Origin: Magallana gigas
Taxonomy: Eukaryota
Length of the DNA stretch: 64,000 bases
Assembly: GCF_963853765.1 (NCBI RefSeq)
Contig: NC_088861.1
Span: 992,001 to 1,056,000, forward strand
Direction of reading: 5' to 3'
The notes under the pieces were generated by a model. It ran no database searches and had not been told where the DNA came from. It saw only the letters and a list, made by a program, of their open reading frames with translations. A program made the translations under genes and the position numbers. Positions 49,642 to 60,633 of the stretch are shown in pieces. Position 1 is the first letter of the stretch. Each line of letters opens with the position of its first letter.

Positions 49642-49919
49642 TTTTTTTCCTCAGTGTAAATGTAAATTTATTTTTTGGATCACAGTCTGGGACTTTCTTG
49701 GAGCTGAAGTTTCACTGGGTAAATAGCGTGACGTATCGTGCATGTGTTTATATACTATAATGCTTTACTGAAACATGTGGTTGGCATGTCAAATAGATAC
49801 ATGTATGTGAAACCAGATACTTTAATGTGCATGTACTTGTAAAAAAAAATCAATTCTATGATATAATCATCTAAAGAATAAGTTTAATATTTCATAGTAC
49901 TGTACAAACGGGAATTTTG

Positions 49920-49922
<3 letters not shown>

Positions 49923-49998
<76 letters not shown>
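49923..49998 (+). repeat. (AT)n microsatellite between the divergent TSP1-B and SVIP genes
   Basis: Direct reading. Confidence 0.95.
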
Positions 49999-50008
<10 letters not shown>

Positions 50009-50324
50009 TAGCATTAGGGCATCTTCGCAAGCCAATGGTTAATTATCCTATATTGCTTTCACTGCGACGTTGATATTAGGGAAAACGTTCCAACAGACAT
50101 TCCATACTTTAATCTGATCATAAAATAAATATGATATTATATCAAATTTTGTGCAGAGATAATTATGAAGTTTGTTGTTGTCATTACGACTCCGGTGCTA
50201 CGTTGACTAATAAAGCTACAGTGAATTATCGGGTTCGTAGTTCAATTTGTATTATTGATCGGGCTCTATACAAAATCCACAAAGTGAAAGTACGACATAC
50301 TGCTCTGTGCTAATTTTTGTTGAA

Positions 50325-51161
50325 ATGGGAATTTGTCTGCCGTGTTTAGGTGGTCAAGCAGATGATTATGATCAACCAAGCCCTGTAAGTTCGTAGATAA
50401 GTTAGAATACTTGTAAAATGCATTACATAGGTGTATAATGTAATACTCGTTAATAAAAACATAGGTATATATACATGGCCTTGAGCTTTTGTGTTGTTAT
50501 AATAAATGTAGGATCTTGTGACTAAGTTACATATTCAACCCCTTTTCTTGCTTTCGATAAATTGACCTGGAATAAGAACAATTTATTTAAAAGTATAGGT
50601 ACTTAACTATGTATACATTTTTTTTCTCTGTTTAAAGAGAGTTGCATGAACAAGTATAGTATTGATGTCAGAAGATGAGCAGAACTTCTTCTAAAAATGG
50701 TTGTGGAAGTTATGCAGATATTTTTGTACTTCAGGAGACAAGGAGAAGACAAATGGCCGAAGCAGCTGAAAAAAGGAAAAGAGACGATGAAGGGAGGGGA
50801 GTGAAAGATCCAGAGGCCTTAAAGCGAAAACAGCAGAGAAGGGAGGACATAGAAAAGAAAGCAGAGCAGTCAGGAGGGGGAGGGGAAGGTGGAGGACTTA
50901 GGGTGAGGGTTGCTTACCATTAATAGTTCAAAGAATTCTTGTACTACATTAGACTGTATGCATTTATCTTCAACATTAAATGTGGCAATATTGAGCAGGA
51001 TTATTAACTGGGTCTTTGAATTCAATCTTTTTTTAAATATAATGTGGTCATTATGACATGAATATGAAAATAATTAAACGATGACAGTCTTTTGAATTTG
51101 TACTTTATTCTAATGTGTTGATATGCAATTTTTTTCCATCTCACAGTGGCAAGTTAGCTAA
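50325..51161 (+). CDS. SVIP: Small VCP/p97-interacting protein, 3 exons, 80 aa
   Basis: Exons 50325-50384 (MGICLPCLGG..., an MG myristoylation-type start with nearby Cys), 50735-50902 (RRRQMAEAAEKRK, VIM-like; RGVKDPEA...GGLR), 51147-51161 (WQVS*). Matches the SVIP family C-terminus GGLRWxVS. Confidence 0.93.
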
Positions 51162-52782
51162 CACTTACACCATCCCCAGGATATGGCAGCATGTACAAGT
51201 ATATTTGTATTGGAAAGGAAACTTTTAAGTGATATTTATATGTTGTTTTCTGTATAATTCTGGATATATAGATACAAACATTTATTTAAGAACAGAGAAC
51301 AAAACCACCTTATTTATCTCAGACATTTTACTGTACTTTTATTTGTTTTTTTTGTCTTTTTTAATGATGTTTTTCTTTAAATAATATTGTCAAAGAGTAT
51401 AAGACTGTATGAAAATATTTTTGTGAAGTTAAGGATGTATGTCAACCCAGTAACTGCCTTTTTGAGCTGGTGCCTGAGAAGGTTTTCATGTCAAATTTAT
51501 TAATAACAATTTGTAGATGGATTGTGGCTTAACATGCTCATTTATATTATATACCTTTCATTTATGTTGTGTTGTGTTTAACAATAAAAAACTTTTACTA
51601 CATTTGATTTTGCTAACTTGTATATCTAATCAGTTTTTGTGTAAGGAGAATGATTTTGTATCTAAAAGGTTTACAAAAGCAAAGAATTAAATTTCACCTT
51701 TTGAAATATACTTTTGTTTATATGCACAGTTACATGTAGCTTTCATGTAGAAATTACCGTTCTGCCTTAACCCGCGAAAAATAAAAAAAAATATAATGAA
51801 AAAAAATCACCATATCGCAAAAACAAACGGAGTAGCTTGTTTGTTCACCAATATTCTATGATATATGTTCAGAAATTTCAGATTGTTATAGGTAATAAAT
51901 ATACCGTACAATTTTGACTGTTTTGCGGTGTATTGTTAATAACACATGGTTTGGGTTTAGGGATCCTTGACACATCTTTATAAAAGTTTGTAACAATATA
52001 GCAATTTGAACCCATTTATATCGCCAAATCTTATTGTCCATCTCTGTAGCGCAACGATTGTAGCTTTGATGATTTTTTTCTGTCACTTTCAAGTCGATAA
52101 AATCCATATCTTTGAGTTATAGAAGTTCGGGTTGGTATTAGTGTGTAGAGGACCCCTAACCCTACTCGACGATGTACAAGGTATAGAATGGTCGAGAATA
52201 AGCTAAATTTATGTTGTGTTGTGGTATCTTAAAAAATGATGCATTTGATTTTCACCTTTCAGTACGTTTGACTGATTGTAGGACTTTGTTGGTTGTTGGT
52301 CTTTATCGTTCTTTGTCCCAGTATTTGTGTTTATACATGACTACGTTCATGCAAAGGATTCTTGGTTTCTATAACACAGTAAAATTTTGAGGATATCAAA
52401 CTGGTGGTATTTTAATATATGCAATTTAGCGAACTGCGATAATGCTGTTATCCACAATAACTAAAACAAAATACTATTTATGCTATTTTCTTATTTGACC
52501 AATTTTTGGAAATATTTCGAAGTTATCTTTGGAACTAATGTTTAATTTCCTTTCGGGATTTTTCTTATTTAACAATGAACAAATAATTTCGTAATCTTGA
52601 TTTATTTCTACGGAACGAATCGATTTCTGTCAATAAAACGTTATAAATGTTGTCCCAGTGTCAATAAATGACATATGTTGAAGAAAAACACAAGAAAAAT
52701 AGCCAATATTAACACGGCATGCACACAAATATTATTACAAGACATTTTCCCCTATAAACCACAATACTGTTCAAATGTGACG

Positions 52783-54333
52783 ATGTTGTTGATAATCTAT
52801 GGACTCCGTGGATGGATATGTGAGTAAATTACATTTAATATTCATATCTTATTTAGCACTACATTTATTTTTTTTTGGGGGGGGGGTCTTCTGGGGTGGG
52901 ATGGGGTTTCTTGTTCGGGGGTCACATGGGTTTTTTGTTTTTGTTTTTTAATTTTTGGGGAGGGAGGATATTTGATTTTTCATTATTGTAAAATATCATA
53001 TAATTTCTATATATTGTGATCGGTAAAAACGTAAAGGCCTGTATAACTAGCTTTTCGAATCACTCCTTTACGCGAGTAACGTACGAGACATAAGTTCTAG
53101 AACATGGTACTATTAATTATTAAAAAATACCCGAAATTTACTTGTCTCGTGAACCACTGACAGGCAGAAATATTACCCTACCTAACTACATATCAAAATT
53201 TTAATTAATGAGTTTGAAGATAACAAACAACTTCAAAAATACCATATACATTGATTTATCATACTAGTATTGTTGAAGTTTTACTAGAGAAACAGATTTG
53301 GGAGGCTATTGTAAACTATCTTGGATTGATTCCTTAAACACATGTAACAATAAAAACTAATTACCCCCCCCCCCCCCCACCCCCACCCCAAATTCATTTT
53401 ATTTGTAAAATGTAAAATGTAAACTCTGCTCTGAATTAATAAAATGACACACAGTTATGTTCGTTTTGGTATCCTCTTTTATAGACGTCTATTTAACCTT
53501 GCTCTACCACGTTTACTCGGTTATTTGTCAAGAGCCTGCCAAGTGCTACAGCTGGGACACGTTCCAACAGGGCCGACTGGAGGGGAACGTCCTACGGAGT
53601 TTGTCTCGTACGGGGCCTTTCACGTGCATCAAGGAATGTCTGCTACGAAATAATTGTAAATCAGTCAACTATAATCATCAATTTCATCAGTGTGAAATCA
53701 ATCATAGAAGAACAGTGAAAACCTCACTGAAAGTGGGCGCCCTTTGGCGATACCTGGAGAGAAATAAAATGGACAATCTGGTAAAATTTGCTGTACACCT
53801 TATTCGTATCATACAGTAATGGGTTTTGTTTTGTTCGTTTATTTTATTTATTTATTTTTTGGTAGGTTGATGTGTCCCCTTGCAACGGATCAATGTGTAA
53901 AAAAGGAGAGAGATGTGTGGTGTTGGCAGACAATTCGACAACCTGTAGTATTACAGGTATAAAGAATACTACGAAATTGTAGTACAAATATAAAATTATC
54001 TACCACCATATCTCCAAATGATAAAAAATAAATAAATAACTTTGGAACGGCTTTTTAAATGTGTTGAAAGGTCTTTAAAAATATCATTAGTCGTAGTACA
54101 TGTATAAATACTTATAGTTTACAAAAACATATACTTTTTAAAATTAGAATGTCTGGAGCACTCGCAGCATGGAAATAAACTGGTGTTTTCCAAAGCGACC
54201 CCTGAACACAGTCCATTGGCTGTGGGGAGTGTGGTCCATTATCACTGTGCTACCAATGTCACAGTCAACATAACACGGCGATGTCAACAAACGGGCCACT
54301 GGAAAGACTTGCAGGACCCTATCGAATATTGTG
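52783..54333 (+). CDS. Secreted PAN/apple + EGF-like + Sushi/CCP domain protein (last exon unresolved)
   Basis: Exons 52783-52819, 53485-53780 (signal; PAN pattern CIKECLLRNNCKSVNY...CEIN), 53866-53956 (PCNGSMCKKGERCV...C), 54148-54333 (GSVVHYHC...RRCQQTGHW). Phases compatible. Candidate terminal exon near 55143-55166. Confidence 0.75.
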
Positions 54334-54466
54334 GTGTGTCTTTAATTTAATTGGTTGATTTTTGTGTTTAGCGTCCCTTTCGTTCGACATATTTTTGCTT
54401 TTGAATCTCACAATTTGCTCATCTTCTATTCCCGTCACCCTTGGCTTGCAACGCTCATTTTTATTG

Positions 54467-54508
<42 letters not shown>

Positions 54509-54545
54509 CAATCATAATATGCGCTGTTATGTGGGACCATTTTAA

Positions 54546-54774
54546 CAAGGCTTGGACTTTCGGTAGGTGTATCTATCTTTTTCTTACGTCAAAACAAATA
54601 AAAATGACGCTGGTTTCAAGCGAAAGATACGCCGATTGCGTAGTCTTAGCTCAAATTGAAAAGCCAGGCAAATCTTGCTGATTTTAAAGAGCCATGGATG
54701 AGTGGCCTACAATGAAATAGACATGCCTATGTCACATTGCCGTTTGACACTACAACCTAAAGTCCAAGCTCTTG
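54546..54774. mobile_element. TTAA-flanked MITE
   Basis: TTAA|CAAGGCTTGGACTTT ... AAAGTCCAAGCTCTTG|TTAA. Confidence 0.7.
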
Positions 54775-54891
54775 TTAAATGGTTCTATCTACAAAAAAAA
54801 TGCAGTAAGCAATCAATTTGGTCTTGATGTCTACTTGTCTTACCTGGCACTGACATTCATCAGAATGATTGACTATTGCCATTGTACTCGT

Positions 54892-55045
54892 CAGGCACGT
54901 AGCATCGTTTTTGAAAGTGGCGGGGGGGGGGGGGGGGTATGTAAGTATGTAAGTAAAATTAAGAAAAATCTATGCTGCGCAAAAAAGTGGGGGGCCAGGC
55001 CCCCTGACCCCCCCCCCCCCCCCCCCCCCCGATGCTACGTGCCTG
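54892..55045. mobile_element. Small MITE with poly-G/poly-C interior
   Basis: TIR CAGGCACGTAGCATCG / CGATGCTACGTGCCTG; no TSD seen. Confidence 0.7.
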
Positions 55046-55780
55046 CTTGTTGCTTTTTTCAACGCATTATATATTGTACTGCTTCTTTGAGAAATCGCTT
55101 ATTTGAAACACATTATAATTTTGCAGTGTCAAAAATAACCAGGTAGTTAAACTACCAGGACCATAGATTGGTGGACATCAACCAGTGATCTTCAGCGTTG
55201 TGAACATTTATGGACTCGTATACATGTATTTTTCTATCTTAAGAGAAACAAAATGTGATCTATCCAAAGTAAAATGTAATAAGTCTACACTACCGGTTAA
55301 TAAAAATGCATTTCTTTGTACTTTTTGCGACCATACTTCATGATCTTGGTGTAAAATCAGGAGAAACTTAAGAGTTTGTTACATGTAGAATCTTCTATCA
55401 AATGCATGGTGTACATAAATAACATTCCTATAATATACTAGTATAAATAAATCTCATAAGAATAACAATAAAGGTAGATTTATAAATTTATTAAATTCAT
55501 ATAATCAATGAAAGTTCAAATGTCATGTTTTTATTTTACAACTGATTCAAAATGCAGTCTCTAAAGAGGATATTCCTGATTTAAAAGCATTTTCATTACA
55601 AATGAAAAGAAGAAGCACAAAGAAATGTCTGCATCTTTTGTTCTAATTATCAGTTTGGCATATCCGTGATATGGTTTGATCTACAGGGGTTGTTCCAGTA
55701 TTGCCTTGGCACTGCTATTACAGTAAATGATGAAAGAAGGGACTGAAGCACTGAATGAATAGTTCTGCTTTCTGCTGCTA

Positions 55781-58700
55781 CTAGGATTTGGCTTGAGAGG
55801 CTTGCCTCCTCTTGACATCCCAGTTATAGACCCGTGCCATATCTACACCAAAGTCAAGGAACTCTACAAGATGTCTATGTATATATTTCAATTTTCATAC
55901 ACCAATTTCACTGATATTTACACTATTCCACTATTTTAATTTTTCTTTATTTCAAACAAAAATTAATTGTTGCTGGTAACTGGGTGTAAATTTTCAAAAT
56001 GTACTAATATCGTACTTGCTCCTCCATATATGCATAGTTCTGAATGAAATATTGATTATTTTCAGCAACACACTTTACTTTAATATAGAAATATCAAAAA
56101 AATATTGGAGAGATTTTACAATTGAATGTTATTCTAATTGGTTATCATGATAATACATGTATGTAGCAAAAACTGCAGGGAAAATGTTTGTTTTTACACT
56201 GTATGCAAAATTTATATCGCAAAATCCCACGAAAAGATTTCATTGCTTAAAAAGGTCTCCGAATTGAAATATAATTGTTGAAGGTTCTGTGATAATAATT
56301 TTATTGTTACAACCCCTTATGACTATCAATACATAAAATCATTTAACATGATCTTATTTTAATTTTATCCCCAGAATTCCCTGTTAATTTTTTTGGGGGG
56401 TGGGGGTGTAAGATCTGTTAGGCTACTCAGTTCTTAAATACAGATAAAAATAAACATTATTTTTGAAAATATTTTGTAACTTTCATTTAAATTCCAAAAT
56501 TACGAAAAACTGATTAATCAAAACAATGAGCTTAACAGTATCTTTAATCAAAGAGCAGATAACTCCAGTACAAACTTATATAAAATAAGTTAAACCTAAA
56601 TAAATATAAGGAAGGGTTTCTGGTATTCTCATACTTCTCCTGGCGACTACTTTGTAAAAGGATACTGACTTCCAGTGTTGTAGTCTGGTCACGGATAAAA
56701 CTCAGATCATCTTCTACCTGGGATAAGCTTTTATTGGCTGCCTCCAGATTCTTCTCTAGTAATACTTTAGCATCCTCTATCCCATACTCTAACATTACAT
56801 TAGCCTGAAATTACGAAGATGTGCTTTAGAGTTACAAAAATATATACATGTAAATATGTATGCTTTAAGAATTTAAAGCGAGAAGGTTATCAAACCATGT
56901 AAATTAAAATTCATGATTGTGACATTTTTAGTACATGTATTCAAGATTTTTTCAGCATTTACAGAAAACATGTTAAAGGTGTTGGCTATACATGTATTTA
57001 AACAGATCCCTTTGACAAGTTCACATTTCAATAGTCTAAAAACAAAATATATTGTACTTATTTTAGCATACTTACCCCTAACCATAAATTAACATTTTCT
57101 GTAGGTGGAATTCTGGCTTTAGCATAAACTTGATCAGACAGTAAAAACCTAGTTTCCATTGGATCTGTAGTGCCCTGTATGATAAATACATAATCATAAA
57201 TACATAATTTCAATTCAATAATTACATAAAAAAATAATTAAAAACTATATATTAATTAAAATCATATTTCTTGAAGCTAGTTCAGAGTTTCGCAAATTAC
57301 AAAGAAGAGCAGACTGAACGATGGACTAGTTGAGTACTAAATCACTAACCTCACCCATCATTGTAATACAATGCTTGATAATTATATGTTTACATGTATA
57401 CAATGAAAGTACACATGTTTACATATAATCATCAAGCATTAAGGGTACTAGTACATGTACGATAAAACTCACCTTCCTGGACTGTAAGTGTTTCACTATA
57501 TCTAAAGAAGTTTTGATATCTGGAATTTGTGCCTTTAGTCTAGAAAATACAATTTGAGATACATACATGTTAAATTGGGTATAAAAATGTCAACAAATTA
57601 TATTTGTGCAAGATATAAAAATCTCAGGATATGTACATAATTGTATGTTTTAACTTGACTTTCAAAAATCTAGGTTTTTTAAGGGAATGAGCCATGACTA
57701 GTAAAAACTTAACAATAATTTTACTTTTTTAGTATTCAGTACATACCTGGCCTTTTTGGTACTAAGGTTGTATTCCATGAACTTGTATTTGCTATGTGAT
57801 TCATCTAATCTCTTTAACACTGCCTCTGCAGAGTCATTCCCGTCTCTCTTCATAAAACTATCAACATCTTCCTATAAGGTAAACATAATGAAATCATGGA
57901 TTACTGATTTCAGGTATTCCATCCATAATTACCGGGTATCGTATTTCATATCAGATAGATTGCAAGTTCATTCATTAAATTTGAAGAGTGATTTTATCGG
58001 TAAAGGGTTTATATAATTGTCGAAGGGTTTATTATAATCATTATCTGATTATTTGTATTATCGACACCAATGTAAGTTCAATATCAATATGCAAAATGTG
58101 CTTCAATGATCATGGTGTTTTACGATGGTGATGTAGTGAAATCGTTTGTATACACCAAAAGTATAGAATTACAAAACACAAATGTGCAATGTCCTTACAG
58201 CTTCCATTGTTGACATTGGTGAATTGATTTGATACCAATGAGTCATTGTAAAGTACAAATATCTGCAATATGAAATATCTCAACAGCTAATACTACAGTT
58301 CTTAACATCTGCAAACCAATGACAATACAATATTGTCCGTATCTACACCAAACTAAGACAACCTCAATGTGAAAAAAAGTCTCAATTATAATGTAACTTA
58401 AACATTATAATCATTATGGTGAAATGATACTGATACAATATTGATACTTCTTCGTGTCTAGGAGGAAATTCCTCGCTTAAAATATTTATTATACAATTTG
58501 GGATGAATTCCGAAATGAATGGATAATATTTAAAATATTATATTTTCCTGTAATATTCTAATTGGTTTAAAACCTGTTCGGTTGCAAATCTTATTACTTA
58601 AAGCTGCTTGGTCCGATTTATTTGTTATTACAGTATCAAGTTTTTTTTCTATACAAATCATTTATCTTAGAAAGTTATGGACATTCTCCTATTTACACCA

Positions 58701-60525
58701 GCAGAATCAGTCTCCTTTCAAAGTTAGAAATATTCAAAGTAAATAAAAATAATTTCTTTTTGGGCAAACGAAAAAAACAAACCAAAATGCATCACGGGGA
58801 TTGCTTAGAAAAGGACACCGTTTGGTTTCGTCCCCCGAATAATTGGGGTTATTCAACCCGCATGCTATGCATCGATTGTAAAGAATGCAAACTTCAGAAA
58901 TATTAGCGAAGAAAACGTACACATGTTTATTTGTAATTCGTCTGATCATTTCGACCTTTATTTAAAGCGATGTCAAATTCGTTATACAACAATACCCGTC
59001 TCGTCGTCAGGGGTAAACTATAACATGAGGCGAAATAACGCGGTACCCTTTTATGTCATTTGTTTTGTTAGCAAATTTTGTACGTAGTTTTCTTTATTGA
59101 AATTTGGCTTAATTGACTGGAAAAACTACTGCAATGTCTATCATTATACATATATTTAGCATAACCATCGTTTAAAAGCGTGCTTAAAATTTGATATTAA
59201 ATCGGACCAAGCAGCTTTAATTTAGAGTTCAACATTAACCTTAGTCTGTTATTCACAGACTAATAGATTTCAATTCTGACAAATAAAATTCCTGCTTAGT
59301 CAGTCCATTTGGACAAATAAAAAGTTCAATCTGCTTATATTATCAATATGCAATTGACTTTTTTCAGGAAAACCCTGTCATTGACCATATTTTCAGTATC
59401 TAGCAAGATGCAAACTGATATGATTCAGTGCGGTGATTATTATAGAGTTACCGAGCGAAAACAACAGATGTATGCAGGATGTTATGGGTGACTTGATTTT
59501 CTTTAGGCCCTAAATGGATTATGAGAAAATAGGTGACAAGGGCATTTAATTTAAATGAATTATGTTTAAATTATTTGTCATAAATTGCTTATCACTTTTA
59601 ACTGATTTTGAAAGAACTTAGAGAAAGAAATTCAAAAGAAAATGGTCTAGCTCAAAGCCTTGATCTATTGCACACATATATTATTAACATCTGTAATGGA
59701 GGCATACACCATGTACACAGAAATCGAAAATACCCAGCTCATTGCTATGCAACGAATACAATACAACTAATTGAGTGCTACACCTGTACGAAACTTCTTG
59801 GGGATCAATCTTACAAACTATAGACATATAGAAAAACTTCTTAACCAAAAGTTGTTGCATTTGATTCACATTATTGCAAATTTATATCAAAAATTTAAAA
59901 AAAAAAAAAAAAAATGTACTCTAAATTTATATCCCATTTGGGCTATTATATCCCAAACGGGCTATTATATCCCATTTAAGAGATTGGTCCCAACCTGTTA
60001 GCCAAAATACAGTAATGCATTTTAATTTAATTTTGATAGGCAGATAAAATTTCCTGCAGACTAGTTAAAGTAAACAGGCATTAGTCTCGGTGATCTAATA
60101 TATAAGACAGTTTGTGTCGAACCCTGTAAGAAAAAAACTATATTAAAGGGATTCAACAAAAAAAAAACAATGTAAATATCTGTAATAGGATACTGTTACA
60201 ATATGCTATATGCAACTGTCAATATTGTGTTAATTGGAAGCATATTTACATAAAATGTATAATAGCAATACAGTCACTAAATACAAGATCAAGCAAGTTC
60301 AAACTTTGTCATTTGCTACACATGTTATGTCCCTAACCACAATGTAAATAACCATTTTTGGCAATGTACTTATTTATACTCATACAACACCAATCCAATA
60401 TCTACAAAACAAGAATAGCTGATTTGAACTTGAATTGTGTTATTTACCACAAATTCAGCTTGGGGTATTCCAAGTGCGCCTTTGGTATCGCTGTTTTGCA
60501 CAGGCGTGCTTGTTTCTGTCGCCAT
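55781..60525 (-). CDS. VBP1: Prefoldin subunit 3 / von Hippel-Lindau binding protein 1, 6 exons, 189 aa
   Basis: Exons 60448-60525 (MATE...LGIPQAEFV), 57747-57871 (EDVDSFMK...YKFMEYNL), 57473-57539 (LKAQIPDIK), 57076-57174 (METRFLLSDQVYAKA...NLWLG), 56666-56804 (ANVMLEY...RDQTTTLEV), 55781-55842 (NMARVYNWDVKRR...*). Confidence 0.96.
55843..56665 (-). other. U12-type (minor spliceosome) GT-AG intron in VBP1
   Basis: 5' splice site GTATCCTTTT (56665-56656). Branch point TTCCTTGAC (55861-55853), 8 nt before the terminal AG. Confidence 0.9.
58602..59216. mobile_element. Kolobok-like TTAA MITE in VBP1 intron 1
   Basis: TTAA at 58598-58601 and 59217-59220; TIR AGCTGCTTGGTCCGATTT / AAATCGGACCAAGCAGCT. 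Confidence 0.85.
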
Positions 60526-60633
60526 GTTGAATGCGTAATCTCGTTCCATACGAGAGTTTAAAGTTTCGGTGTACCTTTGGAATGTACATGCGCTAGTTAT
60601 TATAATCAAGAGGCGTCCCGAAAAGGAAAAAAT
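60526..60633. promoter_or_regulatory. Compact bidirectional promoter between VBP1 and CUL5
   Basis: 108 bp between the divergent ATGs. VBP1 start context CAACATGGCGAC (TISU/YY1-like); CUL5 context AATATGGCG. Confidence 0.75.

Noticed and set aside
56668-56669. GT donor at GAA|GTCAGT for VBP1 exon 5
   Set aside because: Out of phase with the last exon; the U12 donor 4 nt downstream restores the conserved frame.
57895-57935. MDGIPE... as VBP1 exon 1
   Set aside because: Hits a stop and would need a ~30-bp intron; the real exon 1 (LGIPQAEFV) is at 60448-60525.
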